Source of the DNA: Paramoeba atlantica
Lineage: Eukaryota; Protista; Discosea
Assembly (NCBI GenBank): GCA_977017575.1
Contig: CDRNVI010000185.1
Location: forward strand, 1-64,000
Reading direction: 5' to 3'
Length of the DNA stretch: 64,000 nucleotides
Position numbers and translations under genes: made by a program. The notes under the pieces were generated by a model. It made no database searches, was not told the DNA's origin, and was given only the letters and a program-made list of their open reading frames with translations. Positions 23,044 through 32,340 of the stretch are shown here, piece by piece. Every line of letters begins with the position of its first letter. Position 1 is the stretch's first letter.

Positions 23044-23640
23044 ATGTTCCTTAAAGCTGAAGAGACGGATGTTCCCGTCCCTTCAAGTTCACGCATTGGA
23101 AAGGTAAGGGGAACATTTCTTCCTGTGGAATATGAACTCGCAAAGTTGATTAGTGATGTTGAAAATCCACATGAGTCATGGAGTACTACCACGCCTGCTT
23201 GCGAGTGGGATGGAGTGGACTGCAATGATAAAGGAGAGGTTATAGAAATTTCGTGGGGTTTTCGGGGGCTACTTGGAACATTACATTGGGAACATTTACC
23301 GCGGTCTCTCACATCTTTAAGCGTCTATAATAACCAGCTTCGCGGCCCTGTCGATTTTTCCTCATTACCCCGAGGCTTGGCTCACTTGTGGATAAGTTCA
23401 AATGCCTTTAGTGGGGAACTCCATTTCGAACATCTTCCACCAGGGTTAAGGATTCTAAATATATCAAACTGTCACTTCAGTGGCTTTGTGGACTTTTCGT
23501 GTCTTCAGCTTTCGTCGCTTGCAAAAGGCGGTTCAGGCTTTGACATGAGGAATAATCCCGAACTCAAGGGATCGATTTCTAAACGAGCTGTTCCTAAAGG
23601 CGTATGGTGGGGTATACCTGAATCATTTTTTACGGACTAA
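23044..23640 (+). CDS. Leucine-rich repeat protein (intact, 198 aa)
   Basis: SRIGKVRGTFLPVEYEL, ACEWDGVDC cap, about 4 LRRs. Confidence 0.85.
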   Translation: MFLKAEETDVPVPSSSRIGKVRGTFLPVEYELAKLISDVENPHESWSTTTPACEWDGVDCNDKGEVIEISWGFRGLLGTLHWEHLPRSLTSLSVYNNQLRGPVDFSSLPRGLAHLWISSNAFSGELHFEHLPPGLRILNISNCHFSGFVDFSCLQLSSLAKGGSGFDMRNNPELKGSISKRAVPKGVWWGIPESFFTD

Positions 23641-23798
23641 GTGCCTGAATAGTTCTCTGTTGCTCTTACGTTTTCTGTGCACTATTTCTGGAAAGGAAAA
23701 GTAAACCCGTCAAGAGACAGGAACAAGACGAAATGTCAGTAACACATGAAATTTGTTTCTTTTTAAATGGGGTTCTTTAGGAGCTTTCTTGAGCCCAA

Positions 23799-23880
23799 AC
23801 CATATTTTTGCATGAGAATTGCTAATCCCTGACCGGTCTACTGATCAGGGTCTCCACATCAACCACTGCCTGTCTCGAAA
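23799..23880 (+). repeat. ~80-bp direct repeat with internal hairpin (copy 1)
   Basis: CCATATTTTTGCATGAGAATTGCTAATCCCTGACCGGTCTACTGATCAGGG is identical at 26005-26089. Confidence 0.8.
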
Positions 23881-24427
23881 CGTTTCTATGTATTTTTTAC
23901 ATAAATTATCACAAATTATATTGTCGTTTTTCAATCTCACAGGCTGAATGAACTCGTTCAAGTTTCTGAAATTGGGCGGATGTGTATATTTTTTGTTATC
24001 AATCCACCGAATTCCTAAATTTAGACGACAGTGGTGATCAGCGTCTTTTACCCCCCCCTACAGGTCTTGTATTTTGTCCGATTTTGGAAATATTTGGTAT
24101 ACATATTTGGTACCTGCACACACCTGCACACACCTGTACCACCGTTTTTCGACCCAATCGTTCCGAATCCGAGGTCCTTTTCACTCGAGCGACCCCCTAC
24201 CCCCCTAGCCAAGTAGGGGTCGAAAAAGCTACTTATAACTTTTTCGGGTGTACTTTTTCGAATGTTTGGGATGAACAGTAGTAAAGTAAGTCAAAGGGCT
24301 GAAACCTGGAAGACCCTGTCACTTATCAGGTGGGATCGGGTGGGATCGGTCGGGATCGGCGCTTGAGTAGCTTCTTAAGATACTGTATTTTTTACTACTT
24401 TGACCTTTTTTCTACCACTTTTTATTC

Positions 24428-24534
24428 TTTTTTAGGCTTTTCGTTAAACGTAGTGGTTGTTTTCAACTTAGATGACAGCACTGCGCGCTTCGCCTTGAAA
24501 ACCACTGCCGCGTTTAACGAAGAGCCTAAAAAAA
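24428..24534. repeat. Hairpin repeat family B
   Basis: Same arms and GCGCGCTTCGC loop as the other copies. Confidence 0.75.
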
Positions 24535-24718
24535 TTGGAGAACGATACTAAAATGACAATGATCGTATCTACAACTTTGCTCGTATCAACTTTGCTTGTT
24601 AAGTTTAGTACTTTGCTTGTTAAACAGAACAGTATGGGCTTTTAGAGGGGGGAAAGTCCTTCAACAAAGTACTTTCAACAATTCAATCCCTGAATGTATT
24701 GCATCACGCAATTCCCCC

Positions 24719-25217
24719 CTATTTTGGGACATTAGTGTTTTTGTGTGATTCAATTTGTCCCCAAATATTTTCGATGGGGTTGAGATCAGGAGACTTAGGG
24801 GGCCAAGCTAACATTGTGACACTATTTTCTTCAAAATGGTGAGGGGTCGAAATCATGAGGGGCCCACTCCGACAGCTCGCGGCACAGCCCGATTCGTTTC
24901 TTCTTGTGGGCAGTCGCGAGAGCTGGATGACGGGGGACAGTGCGCAAAATGAAGCTTTCACGCTTTAAAGTGCGCGTGATAGAGCGCCGGGAACAATAAA
25001 ACCCTTCGGACTGAACGGTTGACACGAGGTTCGACCATGACGGAATTCCATAAGGCAAATCTCGCGTACCTTCATCAATGATGGTTGTAGCTCGGGTTAT
25101 TATTATTATCCACGTCTCCTGTCTCCTCGTATCGCTGAATCCAACACTTCGCAGTGTTCTCGTGACAACCTGCTTCGCGTGCGTCAGAGGTTTTACCAAT
25201 TGGATGAACTTCTTCAA
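24719..25217 (-). mobile_element. Internally deleted Tc1/IS630-family transposase remnant
   Basis: HTH_Tnp_Tc3-like segment (CSRRSITRTLKRESF...HPALATAHKKKRIGLC) joined almost directly to the DDE_3 hallmark WPPKSPDLNPIENIW; the middle of the catalytic domain is missing. Confidence 0.8.
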
Positions 25218-26004
25218 CCCCTCAAAAGGCGTTAGTCGGATAGGAAAATGATCTGAGCAGGGGTCAAAGTCACAGAGGACGTACTTTAAATCAAAGAACG
25301 CTCAGCTAAAGCAAAAAAATCAGACGACAAAGGATACACGCAGCAGAGGTTTGCACTCAAGTCCAAAAGAGCGAAAGAGGAGAAACAAAAATATAGAGGA
25401 AATAATACAAAAATACCCCCTATAATTATAGGGGCTTTCTATTTAATACTAAATGTGTGTTTAGTTTCTCCTACCTATGAACATTGTTTCTCCTATGAAC
25501 ATTGCTTTTAATTTCTAACGATTGAAAAAAGAAATTGAATGAGCTTCCGTAAAAAAGTGGTCGCTATTTCTTTCGCCGAATTTCTAGAACTCGCGTTTTC
25601 ACCAAGTCTTTTCTTCCACGTAAATTCAACCAGGACCGGTGGGATCGGCCGGGATCGTAAATCTCTAGTTTCAGCCCTCTCAGAAGACGCGGAAAAGGAG
25701 TGCAAAGTAATCTCTAGGATTTAGTCATATGCCCTTTGGCCTCCTTGACCAAGAGTAAGCGCTTACGATTGTCCCGGAAGATATTCTTAAACGTTTCCGG
25801 TTGAATTAAAAAAAAGCGAAAAGTTTCAATGATGGACCCGGGGTTAAGTTTATGAAGTTTTGCGACTGCCTTATAGGACTTAAGTCGCTCGTATTCGATC
25901 ATGAGTGCCGTGCGCATCTCGGGGCGCACGAGAGAGGAAGGTAAACACAAGAGGCGGTGCTTCTTCGTCATGAATCACCAAAAATGTATCGCTTTTTTGA
26001 AAAG

Positions 26005-26089
26005 ACCATATTTTTGCATGAGAATTGCTAATCCCTGACCGGTCTACTGATCAGGGTTTCAACATCAACCACTTTGCCTGCCGCGAAAG
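26005..26089 (+). repeat. ~80-bp direct repeat (copy 2)
   Basis: Matches 23799-23880. Confidence 0.8.
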
Positions 26090-26140
26090 TTCAAAAATCT
26101 TCAGAAAATACACTCCAAATTAGCCCGTAAGAACAATTTC

Positions 26141-26450
26141 TTAGCAAAAAAGTTTTAAATCCGAAAACACTCTCACTAAAGGAATACTTTTATGCTTTCG
26201 TATGCTTCCGTTGCACTTCTCTGTTACAGCACGGAGGCGTTCCTTTCGATTTTCTTCAATTCTTCCCAAACTCCCCCCTTCGCATACAAGCCTTTTCTTA
26301 ACCATGAAGTTCGTACCCTCAACAGTGTTCGTATGAACACCATCTTCCGTCACCCACTCGTCTTTATGAACTCCAAAGGGATCATTTTTGGTGGAAGGGA
26401 AAATGGACCCCCTTGGCTTCAAAAATAACTTCTTCATATTTTTGGTCGAG
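26141..26450 (-). mobile_element. Merlin/IS1595 (ISXO2-like) transposase remnant
   Basis: HKDEWVTEDGVHTNTVEGTNFMVKKRL matches the IS1595 C-terminal motif H..FV...GVHTN.IE..W...K. Confidence 0.7.
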
Positions 26451-26623
26451 AATGGGTCATAGGGAGGATTAACTCTTTTTTCAATGAACGAGGGCAGAGC
26501 GGAAGTTATAGCCACTGTAATCGGAAAATATTGCATTACCATGTATACTCTTTTAAATCCTTTTCTAGGGGTTTTCTTTTTGAGAAAATATTAACTCCTT
26601 CGACCGCTTTTAATTGACGCCCT

Positions 26624-29158
26624 ATGTCGCGTGCTGTCTCGTCTTCTTCCACCTCTACCATTCACCGGGTTGTTCGTTCCATCGTTCCACCCTCCGGATC
26701 CCGTTGGTATGACGCACTTCGTTGGATCCAAATGACTCAAAATCTAGGAGGGGTACCGAAGCCCTCGTGGGTACGTGACGCCCTAGTCGCGTGTGCCGGC
26801 AGCAACAAAACGACAGAGCTGACAGCACTGGTAAATGTACTCGATACGCTTTGCCCAGGAGTAGAAAAAAGCGAAAAAAATACGCAAAGTATGGACCAGG
26901 AGAATGTAGGACAACCCAAAGGGGAGAATGGTGAATGCTCAACAAGGTTTACCTCCCCCGAAACGACGCTCACGTCCGCTGTGGTTGCGGCGGCGATTCG
27001 AAATGTTTCCCATTCAACACATCTTTCCCGCCTGCTTCGTGTTCTCCCCCCGTCGCTTCGCTCGAAACCTCAAATCTTTCTCGCGCTCTCGGAGCGAAGT
27101 ACGAACCCGGATGCTATACTCCGTGCGCTGCGGGAGTTAAGAGAAGCAAGCGAGAGCCCCCCGCCAGACTCGATTCCACGAATTTTGAATAAACTCCCGC
27201 CTAACTTATGGAGAGAGGCCGTGGAGGTAGTAAGGACAGCTTTGAGAAGAAGCGATGCAAATGCACCGTCCTCTTCTTCGGTTCCTTCCACTCTTCCATC
27301 CAATTGTTTTTTTCCCAACACTCCGCTTTCATTGGAATGTTTTGTAGTGTTACTGCGGCTAGCCGCTCGTGCAGGAGCGCTTTCTTTTGTAGAGAATCTC
27401 GGGAAGGATCTTTCTTTTGTCAACGGCACGGCTTCTTTATCCAGAAGTGAGCCAGAGGCTATACAGTTTCCCGAAGCATTCTTCTCTGATGCCACTCGAA
27501 GCTCCATTCGCACTTCCTTATGTGTGGCGAAGTTTACCCAAAAAGGATTAGCTCCGGAACGGAGTCCTACCCGACTGAACGTACGACGAATGGAGAAACA
27601 CCGAGAGATGCGAGAAAAAGTCAATGCGGTGCTATCGCGAAACAAAACAACAGAAAGTAGCGCATCTCAAAATACGGAAAATATGAATTCAAGAACAGAC
27701 ACCACTTTTTCTTCTCTTCCGAAAAAAGAGGAGAATACGAATGAATTTACAGCGTCTGATGTAGAATCAGAATTTGAAACTGAACTCGCTCGAGCTCAAG
27801 AAAACGCCTCGCAAACCGTGGAGCAGCGTTACGATGCGGAGCGTCGTGAAGCCCAACGTATCCACCCTGCAGTTTCGGAACTCCAACAAATGGATCGGGA
27901 ACACATCCCGCTGGACCCCTCTGGTCCGCATCAAATCATCCAGGCCCTGAGGGAGCAAGGGGACTGGCCGACGGGGCTCTATCTCGTCGAGACCCGAGCG
28001 GAATTTCGTAACTCGCGCCAAGCGATTCAAGGCGTAATCCAGTCCATGGCCCGGGAGCATCAGGCCACCGCATTGATCGATTTCACGGAAATTTTACAGC
28101 GTGAAGAGGCAGGCGGAGAAAAAGAGGCAATAAATGAGGAAGAAAACGCAGGAAGAGGAGGAAAACTTGAAAAGCAGGATAAAAGCAAAGGAAACGCTCC
28201 CCCTCCTCTCCGTCGTAGTCTTGCTCTTGTGTGCTCCATGTTGCATGCACATTTAATGTGTAGTAATCTTCACGCCGCCTACGATATCTATTTTGAGTAT
28301 ATCCGACCCTTACTGTGTGCTTCCAATCAAGTTCAACCCGAAATCCGGGGGTGCTCAGCAACAGAGGAGGAAGCCGTAATGAATAGCAACTCGCCTCAAC
28401 AAATCTTTCCCTCCAATTGGATGTGTTTCGGTCTCAGTCTCGCGGCCACCATTTTAATGAAGCAACACACCCAGGCGTTGGATATTGCCCATCACATTGC
28501 CAGTGTCGCTCTCCCTGCGGTCATCGAGGAGGCAAAAAAAGCAAACGAACAAATTAACACAGAAAAAGGAAAAAGGGAAGGGCCGGATACGGAGAGCAGT
28601 CCCAACAAAAACGAAAATCCTCCGATTTCTTCTTCCAAACAAAACGTTACGCCTTCAACAACCTTACCCGAAGAAGAGAATTTAGATTCCATCGACGGGA
28701 CAACAATCGGAAACCAATACCTCCCAGGAGAAGCAGCGGAAGAAGAAGATTCTTCCTCCCTATCTTCACCTTCCCTATCTCCTGGATCCTATCCTAAAAA
28801 AGACGTGACCACGAGTGCCTTACTCGAGCGCTGTGGTCTCCCCGATGTTTTGCTCTTCCCGGGCTCTGAGGAGAACGCTTTAAGGGACTCTTCTTCCCCT
28901 TCGAGGGCCTCTGCTCTCTCCCCCGAGCGGTTTCTGCATAACCTCTGCGCCACCTTCGCGCGTCACGTCCACCGGGACTGGATGAAGGCGCTGCGGGAGC
29001 TCGAGAGCGTGTTCCGGGAGGCGGGGCTGCGGATCCCGGACAGCGCCCGCGCCACGTTCCTGCAGATCAGCGCCAGCTTCTCCAACGAGTCCTACCATCA
29101 GAAGAATATCTTGGATCGGTTTCTGCAAGAGGAAACCGAGGGGAGAGAGAAAAGATGA
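26624..29158 (+). CDS. Large hypothetical protein (844 aa), possibly a helical-repeat/PPR-like organellar protein
   Basis: Long ORF with a Ser/Arg-rich, acid-free N-terminus and recurring W-x2-AL-type helices (WYDALRW, WREAVEV, WPTGLYL, WMKALREL). The family assignment is inference. Confidence 0.7.
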   Translation: MSRAVSSSSTSTIHRVVRSIVPPSGSRWYDALRWIQMTQNLGGVPKPSWVRDALVACAGSNKTTELTALVNVLDTLCPGVEKSEKNTQSMDQENVGQPKGENGECSTRFTSPETTLTSAVVAAAIRNVSHSTHLSRLLRVLPPSLRSKPQIFLALSERSTNPDAILRALRELREASESPPPDSIPRILNKLPPNLWREAVEVVRTALRRSDANAPSSSSVPSTLPSNCFFPNTPLSLECFVVLLRLAARAGALSFVENLGKDLSFVNGTASLSRSEPEAIQFPEAFFSDATRSSIRTSLCVAKFTQKGLAPERSPTRLNVRRMEKHREMREKVNAVLSRNKTTESSASQNTENMNSRTDTTFSSLPKKEENTNEFTASDVESEFETELARAQENASQTVEQRYDAERREAQRIHPAVSELQQMDREHIPLDPSGPHQIIQALREQGDWPTGLYLVETRAEFRNSRQAIQGVIQSMAREHQATALIDFTEILQREEAGGEKEAINEEENAGRGGKLEKQDKSKGNAPPPLRRSLALVCSMLHAHLMCSNLHAAYDIYFEYIRPLLCASNQVQPEIRGCSATEEEAVMNSNSPQQIFPSNWMCFGLSLAATILMKQHTQALDIAHHIASVALPAVIEEAKKANEQINTEKGKREGPDTESSPNKNENPPISSSKQNVTPSTTLPEEENLDSIDGTTIGNQYLPGEAAEEEDSSSLSSPSLSPGSYPKKDVTTSALLERCGLPDVLLFPGSEENALRDSSSPSRASALSPERFLHNLCATFARHVHRDWMKALRELESVFREAGLRIPDSARATFLQISASFSNESYHQKNILDRFLQEETEGREKR

Positions 29159-29233
29159 AGAAAAAGGGGAGGGCGTCTAAAAAATAAGAAGTCATAATTT
29201 TTTTTAGTATAAAGGTTGTAAAAAAAATCGGTA

Positions 29234-30190
29234 GTGTTTCCTCATGAAAAAGAAAACGCGGACTTTGGTAAACGAAAAGCTCTTGCGCGAAATGAAATGT
29301 ACGCGACAATCGGGAGGTATACTTGTGTAGCTACTGTATCATGTGGTACGTACAAAGGTGAAGCCTATTCTTTTAGTATTGATAGTTGGCTTTTTTTGCA
29401 AGACTTAGATAGCCACATACAGAGACACCTTTTGTTTATTCCGATTTCTTTTTGCCACCTGACAAAAATGTTTGAGTTCTGTGCATTAGCCTGTGCATTA
29501 CGTGCAGCTGAGGAACAATCTATAAGTCGTCCTTGTGCAGCGAAGGTGAGCTCTATTACCGTGCCGCAAGAGTACGATTTAATAAGACTTATTCAAAATA
29601 TGCAGGAAAGACCCCCTAGCTGGAACACCGACACACCTGCATGCGAGTGGGAAGGCGTTGAATGCGACGAGAAGAATCAAGTTAAAGAATTCAGTTGGTG
29701 TTTTGAAAACCTAGGATTCTTAGTTTGGAAATATTTGCCACAGAGTTAAGTTTCTTTTCGCATGCAACATGGCCATCTTCGCGGTGAACTTCCCTTGGAA
29801 GTGTTTCCTCCGAACCTAACGCAAATATATTTGTATGCGAATCAGTTAACCGGTCATCTTGACTTGCTCCAGCTCCCACCCATACTGGAGGTCTTGGATG
29901 TCGAAAAAAATCATTTCCATGGCACCGTCGATTTCTCATCACTTCCGACAACTTTGGAGGAACTAAAGCTGTCGAGCAACAGCGAACTCGAAGGTGCGTT
30001 TGATGTGGATATGCACAGCCCTGATTTGTATTACGACTTTCTGCAAACAAACATTACAGTCTCGGACGGATGTCGAATTCGAGAGCTCTACTTTGATGTG
30101 GATGAAGATGACGTTGATGAGTATGAAGATGAGGACGTTGATGAGGATGAAGATGAAGAGGACATGCATGTACATGATGATTTGGATTAG
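29234..30190 (+). pseudogene. LRR gene with in-frame TAA and acidic tail (copy 1)
   Basis: ACEWEGVEC cap; LPQS*VSFRMQHGHLRGELP is in frame across the TAA at 29747-29749; D/E-rich C-terminus. The true start may be the ATG at 29468. Confidence 0.75.
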
Positions 30191-30763
30191 TCCTGTACGT
30201 ACTTGATGTGTGCAATTAGATTGATTGTTCAATTGTATTCGATTGATTGGCTGTGTAAATTGGAGGGGCGGGGGCCTTGTTTACTGTTAGATAAATGATT
30301 ACTGTTAGATAAATGATACTGTTAGAGAAATGATTAGAAAAATACTAATACTTCTCCGAATTTTCCTGTTAAAAGTTGATATTTGAGGGGCTGCGGGTGG
30401 CGTCCCGAGAAACCGCGGTATACGATCGGCCCCCCGAGGCCTGGTCCGATAGTAATGTATACCTAAAAAATCTTTGATTTTAGTATTCACGTATTCATGT
30501 AGTATAGTATTTAGTAGTATTTACGTATTCGCGTATAGTATTCACGGGGTTTTCAACATTTTTCCCGCCTCTATCACCAAAAACTTGGAACAAGTAATTT
30601 ATGCGCTCTAAAGAATGCCAACCATCATCAAGGAATCACATGAAGCGTTTTTTGCGCTTTCATTCTTTTTGGCAACCTATGGAGACACGCGAATACAGCT
30701 GAATGTAGCAGCTGAATGAACCATTTAAAAAAGCCTCTTGATGGTAGGTTTTTGAATTTCGTG

Positions 30764-31022
30764 TACTATGCCCCCCTGCTTATAAGTTCCCCCTACTCAG
30801 GTACGCTTATGAGTTCCTTTTTCTGGTGAATGCTTTTGTACCCACATTTTGCGAAGCCTTTTTTTACATGTGACAAAATGTCATAAATTTCTACTCTACG
30901 TCAGCCTGCTCTACAGGTTCGTTCACTGAGCGGATATTTGTTTTGGATCCAGTTATCATCTGGTATGCTTAAGAGTCCTTTTTCTCAAAACCGGGGAACT
31001 CATAAGCAGGGGGGGTATAGTA
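30764..31022. mobile_element. TA-flanked ~260-bp MITE (in every tandem unit)
   Basis: TACTATGCCCCCCTGCTTATAAGTTCCCC and GGGGAACTCATAAGCAGGGGGGGTATAGTA inverted termini. Confidence 0.75.
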
Positions 31023-31223
31023 TTTTGTTTTATTATTTTTACCCTTGCTTTCGTAAGCAGACCGATTTTTTTTTCATCACGCTTTTTTTCAGAATACTTT
31101 TTTTTATTTTTCTTAAAAGAAATTGCGCAAAAAAAAGCGGCAGATAACTAGGTACAGTAGTTCCCTTGACCGAGCAATTTATTCAACACCTCTTCCAATT
31201 TCTTTACAGCGTTTCAAAGTTCA

Positions 31224-31847
31224 ATGACTTACTCCTTTTTAATGATATGTCCGCTACGTGCATCGGATGTACACTCTTCAACGCATCCCCGGGCAGCGAA
31301 AATAAGGTCTGTTTCCGTACCGCAAGAATACAATTTGGCAAGACTTGTTGAAAGCGCAGATAAAAAGCATCGTACCTGGGACACCAACACACCTGTCTGT
31401 GAGTGGTATGGCATTGAATGTTGTGAGAAGAAACGAGTTAAAGCAATAAGCTGGCGTTTTGCAGATTTAGGATCGTTAAATTGGAAATATTTGCCGCCAA
31501 ATTTAGAGTCTCTAGAGGTGATGAAAGCCCATCTTCGTGGTGAACTTCCACTAGAGATGTTTCCCCCATCTCTCGTATACATTTATCTGTATTACAATAA
31601 GTTAACAGGTAATCTCGTCCTTTTGCGACTTCCACCTTCATTGGAGGTTTTTGACGTTCAAAGCAATCAGTTTTTTGGCATCGTAGATTTTTCGTTACTT
31701 CCAACAGGTTTGTCCGAGCTGACGCTGTCTTGGAACAGTGACCTCAAAGGTGCGTTCGATGTGGGAATGTGCAGTCCGAGTTTGAGCTACGACGTTCGGC
31801 GTACAAACATCACGGTATCGAATGGATGTTTATTTCGAGAGGTCTAG
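31224..31847 (+). CDS. Leucine-rich repeat protein (copy 1)
   Basis: VPQEYNL, VCEWYGIEC cap, 4 LRRs, intact ORF. Confidence 0.8.
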   Translation: MTYSFLMICPLRASDVHSSTHPRAAKIRSVSVPQEYNLARLVESADKKHRTWDTNTPVCEWYGIECCEKKRVKAISWRFADLGSLNWKYLPPNLESLEVMKAHLRGELPLEMFPPSLVYIYLYYNKLTGNLVLLRLPPSLEVFDVQSNQFFGIVDFSLLPTGLSELTLSWNSDLKGAFDVGMCSPSLSYDVRRTNITVSNGCLFREV

Positions 31848-32340
31848 CGTGATGAGGATGATGAGTGCAATGATGAGGATTCTTTCGAAAATGATTTTTT
31901 TCAGAATTCCGCCTCGCTTGTCGTTTGGCTTGTCGTTTGGCCGTATTAATTCGACGAGTGTAAAATGGGCATAAAATGTGAAAGAAATTCTGGGTCAAGA
32001 TGGGTGAGAATGCACCAAAATAGGGTAAAATAATTTTTTTTTGGTTTCTCTGTTTCGTTTGAAAGAAACGTTGGGCATATGTTACAGGCTTTAAAAAAGT
32101 ATTTTTGACTCATTTTATTCATCTGGCATGCGTTTTACTTTAATTGAGAGGGGGGGGTATATAATGCTTCTGTTCTGAAATTCGCCCCCCCCGCCCTGAT
32201 CAGTTCCACAGCGCTCTTTCGGGCCGACATGGGGGCTGCGTTGGCCTGGCAGCAACAAAACGACAGAGCTGACAGCACTGGTAAATGTACTCGATACGCT
32301 TTGCCCCGGAGTAGAAAAAAGCGAAAAAAATACGCAAAGT

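Larger units (their letters stand above)
26798..32247 (+). repeat. 5,450-bp tandem duplication unit 1
   Basis: Constant 5,450-bp offset to 32248 and 37698; the breakpoint lies inside the 844-aa gene (GGCAGCAACAAAACG). Confidence 0.95.

Noticed and set aside
24530-24560. U6 snRNA-like word AATTGGAGAACGATAC
   Set aside because: There is no ACAGAGA box or downstream U6 sequence; it overlaps the end of a family B hairpin.
25714-25971. Minus-strand 85-aa ORF resembling a transposase HTH
   Set aside because: Only a compositional impression; no diagnostic motif.
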